DNA of 64,000 nt, taken from NCBI RefSeq assembly GCF_009914755.1, contig NC_060926.1; one strand, written 5' to 3'. The notes under the pieces are model-generated. The model made no database searches. It had not been told where the DNA came from and saw nothing but the letters and a program-made list of their open reading frames with translations. This stretch comes from the human T2T-CHM13v2.0 reference genome, Homo sapiens. Both the position numbers and the translations under genes were made by a program. Positions 43,846-61,373 of this stretch are shown here, one piece after another. Position 1 is the stretch's first letter. Each line of letters opens with the position of its first letter.

Positions 43846-44148
43846 GGTGGGAAGCAGTGGCTCACACCTGTAATCCCAGCACTTTGGGAGGCCGAGGCAG
43901 GCAAATGGCTTGAGCTCAGGAGTCCGAGACCAGCCTGGGCAACATGGTGAAACCCTGTCTCTACTAAAAATACAAAAAAAAAATTAGTCAGGCATCATTG
44001 TCATCCCAGCTACTCGGGAGGCTTAGGTAGGAGGATCACTTGTGCCCAGGAGGCAGAGGTGGAGGTTACAGTGAGCCGAGATGGCACCACTGCACTCCAG
44101 CCTAGGTGACAGAGCGAGAGACCCTGTCCCAAAAAAAAAAAAAAAAAA
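43846..44148 (+). mobile_element. Alu (J/old S)
   Basis: Dimer with poly(A); TSD AAGTCAGAACT. Confidence 0.9.
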
Positions 44149-45274
44149 GAAGTCAGAACTCCAGTATTGAACCTTGGCTCAGTGCAAAAATTTTTATAAG
44201 GAATTAAGCTAATGTATTCTAAATATATTGGTTTCTAGTGATTTTTATTAATAAACGTGTACTCAGGAGTTTTCAACAGCCCAGAGCTGTTATGAAGCCT
44301 TCATATGTGGCTCCCTCAGGAGCTTCTGACAGCCTTAAGGAAAGAGTGGGGGTGGAAGCTAAGTTTGTGGTTAGGGGTAGAGGAAAGAATGGGAACAGAC
44401 ACACTCTACTTGTCACCCTACCCTCCTCTCCCCAAGCTAGAATCAGACAGTGGGAATTATGCACCCTGCCAAGAAGGCGCTTCCCAGCCACATCCCCAGT
44501 AAAGGAATAGAGGAAAACAGGATGTCACCAAGGGCCCACCCCAGGATAGGATCGTGAGAATGACTTGAGAGACTCCCTGATGGTATGGATCACCTTCTAA
44601 TGAGGGCTACACTTTGGGTTAGTTTGCCTCTCCTCCAAAGGCAGGGAACAAATAATTAGATGACTCAAAACAGAGTTTCCATTTTTTTGTTTGTTTTATT
44701 TGAGGCCCAGGGGCTGTGGGTTGTTGATTAACACACATGTCCCTCTCCGTGCCCACCCATCCCCATCTCAGGTAACACCCCTAGGGCCTGGTGGCTAGCT
44801 GTGGCAAAATCATGGTGAGTCTGTAGATTATCAAAAATCTAAGCAGCAGGCCTGGGATGAGAGGTCAAGGCCAAAGGTACAAACCTCTGGCACGGGCTTT
44901 TGTCTTTTGTGTTTTCAATGGCAGTAGCTTCAATTTCCTTCCTGCTGGTGTGAAAAGGATGACTGGAGCAGGCAGGGCTGATCCAGGTGCAGGTGGGGAG
45001 GATCAAACAGCCTGCCCACTGCTCCCTCTCCTCTCCTCACTGGGGCTGAGGGAGTCTCCTGTGGGAGAGAGGGGGCCATCTTTCCTTCGTCCCCGAGGAG
45101 AGGTCAACCTGATTGTGCTGCCCTTGCTTGCCTAGGGCAGTTGCTTCTCGGGTTGGTAGATACTGGGCTTAGTGCTGGAATGTGGATACTGGACTCATTT
45201 CTGATTTTCTGGCTCTTCAGCAATGTTGACCCAGGCCCTCCCTATCACATGGGATTAGAGGAAGGAGGTTTAGG

Positions 45275-46155
<881 letters not shown>

Positions 46156-46862
46156 GTCTAACTACAACTGGCTTCGGTCAGTCATTTGCAGATGCTTTTT
46201 CTCTTTCGCTGCCTGCATTCTTCATGCCTCTGCTCTCCTGGCAATTCCTCAAGTAATCCAGAAAAGGAGGAAAGAGCATGCAGAGAATTTGACCACAGCT
46301 GGGAAGTGAGCCAAGAGAACACTGAAGAACTTGACTATTAGATCTCCTACTTTGTTAGGTGGGGTGAATGCAATATTAATGAGACAGAAGGCTGTGAGCT
46401 GTCTGTCATTTTATTTTTTTTATCTCTAACTTGGTTATACAATGATACAATTATTACCTATGGTACTTAAAGGCCTATGAAGGCATGGACCAAGTCTCCC
46501 TTGTTTGCCCCAATATCTAGGTCATACTAGGTACTCAGTAAGTAGTAGTAGGGGATGATGATGGAAGTTTGAGAAACAGAATTCAGGGAAGAGAAGCTTA
46601 ATATATCCTTAATGTCTTTAAAAAAAGAATTGTCTCATCTATGTGGGAGCTAAAGATTAAGGTCTGCAAGTCGAGCCAACACTGCGAATATGTGGTGGTG
46701 TTGATTGAGGAGCAAGAGCCTGGAGCTTTAGCCATCAGACATTCAAAAGCAGAAATGACATTCTCCCAGACAGACAGAGCCTAACTTGGGTCTAGCCCAG
46801 ACAGGATGCCGGTCCATTTCTTCTTGGAAGGGGGCCCCAAGAATGCCTGCAAGCTGAATTGA

Positions 46863-47262
<400 letters not shown>

Positions 47263-47528
47263 TAGTTCCAAACTGACTCAGGTGCTAATTCTTGTTCATG
47301 GGATTAACTAATGAACCCTTACCTCAGGCAGGCCTCTTAATTACGTTGTTTAAGTTCTCATTTCCCAATTTTAAAATCCCTGGTTTCAAAATATAGGGTT
47401 TGAATTACTGTGCTCACCAATTTCTTATCTAAAATGTGACAATTCCTATTACTTCCCTTAAGGACAAGAGTATAGGCATGAGCCACCGCACCCGGCCTAG
47501 CAGTGGTAAATTTAAAAAAGGGAAAATA

Positions 47529-48034
<506 letters not shown>

Positions 48035-48249
48035 TAAATACAATCTATAACCAGTTGCAGAAACTGTAAACTGCTTTTTATGCTCAGCTTTCTTTGTTGC
48101 TGGAGCTGGATTGCCAGGGAACCTACTTCTAGCCCAGGCTTATCTTTAGATTCATATTGAACAGGAGAAGATGGTAAAGGGTAGCATGCCTCATACTGCC
48201 TGAGGCTGTTGGAGCAGAGAGCTATGAGATAGAACACACAGGCATATAT

Positions 48250-48565
<316 letters not shown>

Positions 48566-51248
48566 ACACAGGCATATATTTTAACTGTGCTGTCCAACTG
48601 GGTTTTAACATGTAGAATCTATGGCAAGTTGCTTTTGCTCAGTAAGGGTGCTGTGACTCTTTTTGTCCTGGGATTCAAGTGATAAGCAGATTTGAAGGTC
48701 ATAAGTGACAGCAGACAGGATGGTCATCTTATTTCCTCTGCTTTCTCCCTGGAGAGGGGCCAGAGGACTCCAAAGAAAAGAGAGATGGGAATGGAAACAA
48801 ACGAATCCCAGCAGGGGAGCAGGGAGGAGAGACGAAACGGCAGCCGACTTGAGAGCTCAGCTGCCAGCCAAAATCTGATGCTCTGCATTGCTCTGCATAA
48901 AGGAGCCCAGGCTTCCTAAATCCAGGCGCCCCAACATGATTGCAAAAGCCACACCCATCAGCCCACAGAAAGCCAACACTGCTGCAGAACCAGTGAGACA
49001 CCTTGGGAGGCTGCCCGAGTTTCTGGAGATATCTGTGTAAAAGCTGCTTTCCTCCCTGGTGGATGCTTGAACCCCAGCAAGTGGTGGCGGACGGGACCCA
49101 GAGCTGCCATACCAAGATGGAAAAAAAAATTTTTAAGGAAAAGTTAATTTCAAGAATTATGTTCTCAGTTTTGTTGTAGGGCTAGTTGCCAATTCCTTTT
49201 CCCACTGGCAGCAGGCAGGGCTGACTGAGCCAGCACACAGAGGCTTCTCAATGAGCTTTGATGTCAACAAAGGTAGGCAGGGCAGGCCCCGGTGGAAAAT
49301 TGTGAAGTCAGCAGAGTTATCTCCGGCACTCCTCCCTTCCCCTTGCTTCCCCTTTCTCCGCCCATTTCCCCCTCTCTCGGCTTCCAGCTTCTCATTTCCC
49401 AGGGGACCCTGTAATGTACGAAAACCCGATGTCATAAGATACGAGGGGCCGGCTTGTGGCTCCAGCTATCAAAGTCTGCTTTTTCTTCCCAAGTCTAAAA
49501 CAAACAAAGGCATGCATTCCATACATTTCCTAAGAAAAGAGAGGGCACACAGAAACGTTGTCCTTCGTGTTCTCTCAGTTAAACCCCAAGAGTTGGGAGC
49601 CTCAAGTTTAAAGCTGTCCTCTTGCCTCCTGGGGTTTTAAGAAGATTCAAAAGTGCCTCAAACCAATACAGCTGCTTGGTTTATGGCTCAAATTTAAACC
49701 ACAAATTATAAAATGATAAATTGCTGCTCAAGTCTCTTCCAGGAAAGACTATATTTTCAGATTAAGTTACAACCTCATGGACGTATGAGTGAGTCTAGCT
49801 GCTGACTAACTCTCACACTCATTTTCCCGCTGGAGATTTTTTTTTTTCTTCATGAACATTCACTGTTTCTAAATGCTTTAAACAAAGAAAATGACCGAAG
49901 GCAGGAAAAACATCAGGGACTTCTTAACCCATGGAGCTTTGTGCTTTATTATGTAATGGCTATTTTTATTTTATGAGAATCAAAGGAAGTTTAAGAAATA
50001 TCTTTGTTCTTGAGCACTTACAGTAAGAAAGGGCTTCATGGGGGCGGCTACACGCACTTCAAACACTAGCTGGCATGTGAAGTGTGTAGTAAGTCAAAGC
50101 TGTTTTAGGGAATTTGGATGTTAAAGGATCTGTTCAGTGATTTGGGCAGGATTGCAACATCAATTACTGCATTTTGTTCCCATAAAAATAAATTCTTTGG
50201 AATTCTCTTATAGGGTCTGGTCCAGCAACAGAGAAGTATGACAGGTAATTAGGGTGCATGCATGCTTTGTTGTAATGACTTCCCTGCCAGAGCTTTGGCA
50301 GGCAGGAGGTTAGGAGGAGAGATGAAATATGGACTTGTTTGAGGCAGCCATCTTGCCTCGCTGCAGGCTCCGTCACACAGACCTCATTTTGATCACCTGT
50401 GGCTGCAGGAGGCAGCTCCATAGTCCATCCTGCAGAGTACCTTGGTTATACAACTATGACCTGGTTTCTCCAACGCCACTCCAGCCTTGAGGACCATGAG
50501 GCTGTGAGTCATAATCACCGTAGCATTTACTCCTAAATTCAACTCCTGCTTACTTTCCTCCTTGACTTTCCGTCCTCCCTTTCTTGGGCCACTCAGGTCC
50601 TTTTCTGATGTCATTTCACGCTATAGAGGCCCCCTGTAGCCACTGCAGGCCCCACCATGGCTGCTCCTCTCTGCTTGTCTTGAAGTCTGTCCTCATTGCT
50701 GCTGCTTTTTCTGGGATACTTCAAATTGTGGAGAGAGTTCTTTTCCTGTGATTATAGCTCTTTCTTCCAATTTTGACTAGTCTGGCGTCTCTGTGATTAT
50801 AGCTCATTAGGACTCCCAAGGCTAGAGAGGGCACTTAAAAAAAAAACAGTTGCCTTGTTTTTATTTTTTAAGATAACATTTATTATAACTTACTTTTGCA
50901 GAGCACTGTGAAAAAGAAAGTAATAATGGTCATTAATCCCACAGTCCAGATAACCCCTAACAGTATTTTTAAAAATAAAAGTAATACATACACAGGGGAA
51001 GAAAATTAAAACAGTAAAAAAAGGTATAAAAGGAAAAATACCTCTTCTGCCCTGAGTTTTTCCCCTAAAATATAACCAGTGTTACTATTTTTTTTGTGTG
51101 CATCCTTATTATGACATAGTTATGTATGTCCTCTAACAAAATTTTCCATGAGGGAGATCTTACTGTATTAATCATTCTGCATCTCATTATTTTCACCTTA
51201 AACACCATCTCAGAGATCTTTCAAACACGAGCTGCAGATATACTCTCT

Positions 51249-51539
51249 CTTTTTTTTTTTTTTTTTTTGAGACAGTCTCTGTCGCCCAGGCTAGAGCGCA
51301 GTGGCGCGATCTTGGCTCTGCGACCTCTATCTCTCGGGTTCAAACAGTTCTCTGCCTCAGCCTCCTGAGTAGCTGGGATTACAGGTGCCTGTCACCACGC
51401 CCAGCTAATTTTTGTATTTTTAGTAGAGACGGGGTTTCACCATCTTGGCCAGGCTGGTCTTGAACTCCTGACCTCGTGATCCACCCACCTCAGCTTCCCA
51501 AAGTGCTGGGACTATAGGTGTGAGCCACAGTGCCCAGCC
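51249..51539 (-). mobile_element. AluS within an L1M fragment
   Basis: TSD ATACTCTCT. Confidence 0.9.
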
Positions 51540-51860
51540 ATACTCTCTACTTTTAATGTCTGCACAATCTTTGTTAGGAGAGAATGTGCCTTCCAAGTGA
51601 AAGGCACTCAGCTAACGTCATTCCTGGCCCCTTTCTGTCCCTTTACTTCCACCACCCCTTGAGTGCAGAGTGATTTATCTGATTATATAAATTGAACCTT
51701 TCAGGTTCAATTCTGCCCTTTTCTTCTTAGGATGGAGTTGCCTACCACTCCCCCAGAAGTGGGCAGAACTGGAGAATGTCTATCCAATTCGGGGTTTCCA
51801 TAGTAGGAAGCCTATTTGTCTCTCAGTATGAGATAACACATGGTGCAGCATGCAAATTAG

Positions 51861-52307
<447 letters not shown>

Positions 52308-52411
52308 TAGGTGGTTTCCAGTTCATTGCTAGAACAAATAACACCTCAGTGAATATCTTTAAACGTATATCTTGGTAAACTTTTTGCAATCACATCAAAA
52401 AGTAGATTCCT

Positions 52412-52554
52412 GACCGGGCACAGTGGCTTACGCCTGTAATCCCAGCACTTTGGGAGGCTGAGGCTGGTAGATCACAAGGTCAGGAGTTCAAGACCAGCCT
52501 GGCCTAAATGGTGAAACCCTGTCTCTACTAAAAATAAATAAATAAATAAAAAAT
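52412..52554 (+). mobile_element. AluS left arm only, flanked by a TSD
   Basis: TSD AAAAAGTAGATTCCT at 52397-52411 and 52555-52569. Confidence 0.9.
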
Positions 52555-52711
52555 AAAAAGTAGATTCCTTACAGATATTGCTAGACCAAAGATGTGTCTT
52601 AGTGTCCCAAATAAAGATGGGAGAAAAAGATTACCCTCAACCTTAATATAAGTTGAAAAGGGGGTGCCTAGATAATATACTAATAATTATAATGGCAATA
52701 ATTAACATTGA

Positions 52712-53126
<415 letters not shown>

Positions 53127-53364
53127 TATTATCTCAATTTTTTATAGTTGAGGATACAGAGATCAAAACTGTCAAATAACTAGCCCAAGATCACACAGCT
53201 AGTAACTAGCAGAGATGGAATTCAAGTCCATGTTTGTGCAATTTGAGAATTTATACCTCTAAGCACCAGACTAAAGGGTGTTCCCCATGGCACAGGGTGG
53301 TTAGTAGTCTGGTCTAGAATTTGAAAATGTGTGACGACCATTGGCTCAGATCTCAGCTCCCACA

Positions 53365-53368
<4 letters not shown>

Positions 53369-53404
<36 letters not shown>

Positions 53405-53415
53405 TGTGTGTGTGT
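53369..53415. repeat. (TG)n microsatellite
   Basis: Read directly. Confidence 0.95.
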
Positions 53416-53894
53416 AATAATGATTAAGAACACAGAATCTGCAGTCAGACTATATGGGTTCAAATCCCACCTTTGTCTCTTATCAACTGTGGAATGACTA
53501 CCTTAGTTTCCTCATCTGCAAAATGGAGACTTTTAAGAAGATTAGGTTATTTAATATTTGTAAAACACTAAGGAACACTGCCTGACATCAAGTAAATTTT
53601 TCATAAGTGTTTGTTATTCATTTATTTTACAATTATTTTTAATTCTAAAAGCAATATACAAATTCATATTTGTATAATACTCAATAATTCAAACAATATT
53701 CAGATATATATAATAATAAATGAAAGTCCCCCTCACCTTAAGCTTCTGCCACCACCTGACGCCACTGATTCCCATTCTTCCCTTTATAGATTAATGGTTA
53801 GTGTCTATGCCTTCAGACCTTGTTGTTTTTAACATGCATTTTTCTTTTTACGTATGTAGTTTTATTTGTACACAACTGAGATTATTCTACTGGG

Positions 53895-54150
53895 AGAGTA
53901 GCTTAGCATAGTGATTAATAAATGGACACTGGCGCAACTTTGTCTGAATTCAAGTCCCAGCTCATCTATCTACCCACTGTGTGACCTGAGACAAGTACCC
54001 TAACCTCTGAGACTCAGTTTTCTCATTAATTTCCACAATGAAAAATGACAAGTACCTGACTTATTATGGAGATTAAATGAGTTAATATATGTAGAGCTCT
54101 TAAAACAGTGCCCGACACAAAAAATATTCAGTAAATGTTAGTTCTTATAA
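53895..54150 (+). mobile_element. MIR (another MIR lies at ~53420-53620)
   Basis: CTGTGTGACCTGAGACAAGT...AACCTCTGAGACTCAGTTTTCTCAT...GATTAAATGAGTTAATATATGTA. Confidence 0.75.
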
Positions 54151-54259
54151 TTACTCCTACATGTGCTGTACTGGGACTTGCTCTGTCTCTTTAACAATAT
54201 ATCTTACAGGTTATCCCACAACAGCATATATAAAAATGCCTCATTTAAAAGCGGCTATA

Positions 54260-54624
<365 letters not shown>

Positions 54625-54739
54625 TTATTTAGATTTGCCCCAATTTGGGTTGTTTCTAGCATTTGTATTCTTTCTCATGTGAGAATGTAGAATTCTAGAG
54701 TGAATACCAGTCATCAGTATATTCCACTTTATTTAACAA

Positions 54740-54962
54740 ACATATATGTCACTTACTACATGTCAATTTCCTAATCATCTTACTCATTTAATACTTATAT
54801 TAACTCTATTAAAGTAGGGGCTATTTAATCCCTATATAACAGATGGGGAAATTGAGGCACTGGGTAGTTAAGTAACCTGCCCAGGATAGCATGGCCAGGA
54901 AGCTGGGGACTGGGATTCCAACCCAGGCAGTCTGGCTCCTGAGTCCATGCTCTTCACCACCA
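54740..54962 (-). mobile_element. MIR
   Basis: ACAGATGGGGAAATTGAGGCAC...GTTAAGTAACCTGCCCAGG...ACCCAGGCAGTCTGGCTCC. Confidence 0.8.
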
Positions 54963-56201
54963 CACTCAGAACCTCTCTTCTGTGTTCTAAAATCTGTGGC
55001 CTGCACTTCATTAGAACCCCAAGCCTCATCTCATCACAGTTTTCACCTATACTGTGGATGGGAATTCACCGTCTTTGGAATACACTTAGGAATATACAAG
55101 TAATGTAAGGGATAACATGATTGCTAAACCAACCTGATTCTTTGAACTACCAGAAGCGAGCCTGTCTAAGGACTGCTCCTGACAACAGCCAGCCAGCATT
55201 GAGAAAGCTCTTCAGCGATGATACCAGCACGTTCCTCCAGAGGCCCCGGGTCTGGTCTCTCAACTGTGCTTCTGTGCCACGCTGGCCCACTGAGCAAACT
55301 CACAATGCAGGGCAGCAGACAGCCTTAAAATAAACAAACATGTTTTTGTTGTGCCTGGTTAGGGAACAGTATCTATCCAATTAGGTAGTAGAAAACTCAT
55401 GTAAATAATCTGTCCTTTTTTTTCAATTCCTGCTATGTGGGAGTCTTTCACAACTGACTTGGCCAACTCAAATTCCTAAAATGCTAAGGTTCAGAAAGTC
55501 TGGTCAAAATTTGCTAGTAAAATATGAAACTCTGTCTTCTCTGTCCTCTATCCCCCACCCCTACCCTCAAGCTACTTTAGCTTTCAAACATGTATGAAAT
55601 GCTTTTTTCTTTAAAGATATGGGTGAGCTATTTCTTTTGGAGTATGTCCAGACGATCTGGCAAATGCACACTTGGCATTAGCCACAGGGAAGCACATTAA
55701 AAAAAAAAAAACCAGAGGAGCAACAAATAAAATTAGGGCAGACTATGGGCCTACCCTTCATACAAATCAGAACATCTTTCCAAGTGGAAAACTTCATGAA
55801 ACTCGGTGGGTTTAATTTTTTTTTCTTTTGCTTTGTTAATGGAAAAATATACATTCACAGACACATGTAATTTAATATTCTGGAAAGTTCTGACATTAAT
55901 GATAAGAGTTTACATTTTAATTTCAAATATTATTGCTCATTCTAACATATTAAAACCTGCATTTTTCCTTTTATAAATATACTTCTATCTCTGGGTTGTG
56001 TCCTTATGAAAAGAAGTACCGAAAGCCAGTCTTTCACTCATCCCAAAGCTTAACTTTTGGCTCAAGGAGCTTCCTATCCTGTTCCAGCTGTGACATGTTG
56101 AAAGTAGACTTGGAAATTGTGGACAATTTGCTATACTCTATGAATCTTTGCTGTGGTTCTACTCCTTTGCATTTTAGGAAATAAGGTAGGAGACAGGGAG
56201 T

Positions 56202-56617
56202 TGTATCAGGCCATTCTTGCATTGCTATAAAGAAATACCTGAGACTGGGTAACTTATAAAGAAAACAGGTTTAATTAGCTCATGGTTCTGCAGGCTTTAA
56301 AGGAAACATCATGCTGGCATCTGCTGGGCTTCTGGTAAAGTCTCAGGGAGCTTTCAATCATGGCAGAAGACAAAGCGAGAGCAGGCACTTCACATGGCAA
56401 AAGCAGGAGGAAGAGAGAAAGAGAGAGAGTGGGAGGGTGGTGCCACACACTTTTACATAACCAGATCTCACAAGAACTCACTATCAGGAAGACAGCATCA
56501 GGCTATGAGGGATCCACCCTCATGATCCAAACACCTCCCACCAGGTACTACCTCCAGCATTGGGGATTACAATTTAATATAAGATTTGGGTGGGGACAAA
56601 TATCCAAAACTGTATCA
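56202..56617 (-). mobile_element. MST-family (MSTA-like) solo LTR
   Basis: TGTATCAGGCCATTCTTGCATTGCTATAAAGAAATACCTGAGACTGGG...GGGGACAAATATCCAAAACTGTATCA. Confidence 0.88.
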
Positions 56618-56812
56618 AGAGGGAATCATGGGGAGAGGCTCTGATAGGAACAGGGAATGGGTCCTGTTCAGGGACTCCTTTCTACTTTTACTGTTCACAT
56701 CATCCAAAGGGACAAACTGCCTTTACAACATATGTTTAATCCAACTCCTCTCACAGAGAGATAGTTGAGCAAGGTGTAGACTGGTTTGGGATGGAACAAT
56801 AGGCTAGTCTTA

Positions 56813-57239
<427 letters not shown>

Positions 57240-57250
57240 TTAAAATATCA

Positions 57251-57565
<315 letters not shown>

Positions 57566-58339
57566 AATATCAATCAATCACACACAAAAAAAATCAATCA
57601 CCATGCCCTCCTGGCCCCTGTTAAAGAAGTAGACTCAGTAGCCATGTTTTGTACCATGAGATCTAGCTCTCTGGACTCATGAATGATTGGATCAGGGTGG
57701 GCACCTGATTTAAGAGCAACCAAACCATAGATTGGCTAGATTCCCATGACCTGTAATCAGATATGAAAAGATACATTGGACCCATCAGAGCTTCTCTCTC
57801 AGAAGAATGGCATGAAAGTAGAGAAATTACCAGTTCATAGCAGGACAGAAATGAGTATGGCTGAACTATAGCTATACTGATGAAATACAGTGAAGACTTA
57901 CAAATTTGTAATTGGTAAAGTGTACAGCCACCTCAAATTGAGAACTAGCTTTTAGCACTAGTTTCTCTGAAGCTAGCCCTTTATGGTTTTTGTTCTTGGG
58001 TTTCCAAAAGCTTCCATTATCTTATCATGTATTTTTCTGAATGTTCTTATACTTGAGCTAACTGGAATGAGTATCTGATACTTGCAGCCAAAATAAAGCC
58101 AAACTAAAGCATTATCAAATAGGCAAGCAAAAATGGAGCCAAAATAAAGGAGACTGAGGAATCGGGAAAGTCTAAACCAGAAGTAATACAAGTGGGTGAC
58201 TTTGTTAAGGCTCATGAGGTTGCAAATAATGTTACTAAAATCAATTCAAGTCGATGAAAGAAGAAGGAAAAAAAGGAATTCATATATTCATGTGGAGGAT
58301 ACTGAAGTAGCTCAAGGACAGCCAGGACTCTTAAACATT

Positions 58340-58925
58340 AGTTCCAGACAGTTCCTCAAACTGTTAATCATAAAGTTATTACCATATGACCCAGCAATTC
58401 CACTCCTATGAAAGCATATGTGCACACAAAATGTACACCAATGTTCTTGGCAGCATTACTCATGATAGGCAAAAGGTAGAAACAACTCAAATTCCCACAA
58501 AGTGATAACCAGATAAACAAACTGTGGTGTGTCCATATGATGGAATATTATTCGGTTATAAAAAGAAATGAAGTTCTGATACATACTACAAAATGGGTTA
58601 ACCTTGAAAAACTTACTGCTAAGTGAAAGAACCCAGACACAGAGGGCCACATATTGTATGACTGATTCCATTTATATGAAATGTCCAGAATAAACAAATC
58701 CATATAGACAGAAAGTAGATTAATGATTGCCAGGGACTGGGTAGAATGGGGAATGGTGGGCAGTGACTGCTAGTGAGCTCAGAGTTTCTTGTGGAGGGAT
58801 GAAAATGTTCTAGAATTAGATCGTGGTGATGCATAACTCTATACTAAAACCCACGGAACTGTACACTTTGAAAAGTTGAATTTTATGTCATGTGAATTAT
58901 ATTTCAATAAAGCTGTTATTATAAA
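58340..58925 (+). mobile_element. L1MB-like 3' end
   Basis: ACCATATGACCCAGCAATTCCACTCCTA...GATTCCATTTATATGAAATGTCCAGAATA...CAATAAAGCTGTT. Confidence 0.85.
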
Positions 58926-59179
58926 AATTTTTATATATATAATTTTTATAATTATATATACATATATAACAAAACAAACAAAAAACGAATGTCACAAAGT
59001 GGAAAGCCAGAAAGAAACCACACAAGACTTTCTCACACTCTCTCTCCTCTCTGTGTCCCTGTGGACACCTGTTTCATTCTTGTCACTCTACAAATCTTAG
59101 CTTTTACATGCACATGGTAGACAGATGATGGCTACCCCACCATTCAAAATTTACATGTTGTGATAGAGACTGACTAGAT

Positions 59180-59562
59180 GGTCACCTACCCATTTTCTCT
59201 TCTTTCTGGGCATACAACTGGACTGTGTTTCCCAGCATCCCTTCCTGTCAGGTAGGGCCATGTGATGAACTGTGGCCAGTAGAATGGGGGCATGGTGCAT
59301 ACTATTTCAGGTCTAACCCATTTAAAAAATCTCCTGTGCACCTCTTCAGCCTCTCCCTCTTCCCTTGACTAAGGTCTTAGAAAATAGTGAAGCCACTAGA
59401 TGGAAGGAACCTGGGCACTTAGTAAAATTTATGGAGCATAGCATTTCCCTCATCTCCATCCTCCATTGGCCTACATTAAAGCATGATATGGTTGAGAAAT
59501 AAACTGAAGCCGTTGAGATTTGGAGATCGTTTGTTATAGCAGTTAACCTTCTCTGACCAATA
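59180..59562 (+). mobile_element. Old MLT1-family LTR
   Basis: TTTCCCAGCATCCCTT...GGCCATGTGA...GATGGAAGGAACCTGGG...TTTGTTATAGCAGTTAACC...CTGACCAATACA. Confidence 0.65.
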
Positions 59563-59842
59563 CATATGTATCCTCTGTATAGGAGACTAACTCAGATTGA
59601 CTGGGTTAATCTCAATTCTAATTTGAAATCCTCAAGTGAGAAAATCATATTATCTCAAACGGTGTCAGATGGTTTCCTAGTTCAGTCAACTGACATCAAG
59701 GAATGAGGTTACAGGGCATAGATACAGTCTCCTAGGGGCCTATCCATGTAAGTCAACAGCATTTCTTAGAGGAAAGATGTCTACTATAGTGGTTAAATAT
59801 TAGGGGTCATTATGAATTAGAGAGATGAAGGTACAATGCCTA

Positions 59843-59903
<61 letters not shown>

Positions 59904-59904
59904 C
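59843..59904. repeat. (GC)n-(AC)n alternating purine-pyrimidine tract
   Basis: GT(GC)5 followed directly by (AC)n and ATGC. Confidence 0.95.
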
Positions 59905-60081
59905 TCTAGTTCCTAATTCTAAAGTTCCTTGTAGGCAATTTGAAAAATACAAAAAAAATTGTCACCATTTGTTAGCACTTCCTTTCCTCCTTAATTCCCA
60001 TTTTTTTGCTTCCTCCCGTCTTTCGAGGCAATAAAGTGTAGTAGATAAGAGAGGCTAAATCCCTAGAATGACATGACCTGG

Positions 60082-60457
60082 TGTATGTTTGTTTCCACAC
60101 TGCTATAAATAAATACCCAAGACTGGGTAAATTATAAAGGAAAGAGGTTTCATTAACATATAGTTCCACATGGCTGGGGAGGCCTCAGAAAACTTACAAT
60201 CATGGTGAAAGGAGAAGGGGAAGCAAGGACCTTCTTCACTTGGAGGCAGGAGAGAGAAGTGTGAGGAGTGAAGGGGGAAGAACCCCTTATAAAACCATCA
60301 GATCTCATGAGAACTCACTCACTATTGTGAGAACAGCATGGGGAAACTGCCCTCATGATCCAATCACCTTCCAGTGGGCCCCTCCCTTGACACATGTGGA
60401 TTATGGGAATTACATTTCAAGAAGAGATTTGGGTGCGGACACTGCCAAACCACATTA
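60082..60457 (-). mobile_element. THE1 (C/D-like) solo LTR
   Basis: Typical THE1 sequence; perfect 5-bp TSD CCTGG at 60077-60081 and 60458-60462. Confidence 0.9.
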
Positions 60458-60479
60458 CCTGGATATAGCCTACCTTTAC

Positions 60480-60665
60480 CATTTTTCTGGATCTGTGGCT
60501 TTGGGGAAAAGTACTGAATTGCTCTCTGTCTTAATTTTTTCATCCATATGGTTAATGATAGCACTTACCAGAGGGTTCTCATGAAGATTAAGTGAGTTAA
60601 TACGTGTCCAGTGCTTAGTATAGTGCCTGGTTCATAGTAAGTACTTACTGTTAGCTGTTATTATG
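60480..60665 (+). mobile_element. MIR
   Basis: GAAGATTAAGTGAGTTAATACGTG...AGTGCCTGGTTCATAGTAAGTACT. Confidence 0.7.
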
Positions 60666-60748
60666 TATCTGAAACTGCATTCCAGTGTTTCTGCATCCTT
60701 TCTTGAATATTCTAAGGATGGAAGATTACTTTGTCTTTAGGGGAAACT

Positions 60749-61058
<310 letters not shown>

Positions 61059-61373
61059 TATTCTATTCTATTCTATTATTTATTTATTTTTGAGACAGAG
61101 TCTCACTCTGTCACCCAGGCTGGAGTGCAGTGGTACAATCTTGGCTCACTGCAACCTCCGCCTCCTGGGCTTAAGTAATTCTCCTGTCTCAGCCTTCCTA
61201 GTAGCTGAGAATATAGGCATGTGTCACCATGCCCGGCTAATTTTTATATTTTTAGTAGAGACAGGGTTTCACCATGTTGGCCAAGTTGGTCTTGAACTCT
61301 TGTCCTCAAATGATCCACCATCCTCGGCCTCCCAAAGTGCCGGGATTACAGCCATAAGCCACTGCTCCAGGCC
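61059..61373 (-). mobile_element. Alu (old S/J)
   Basis: Antisense dimer with (TATTC)n tail. Confidence 0.9.
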
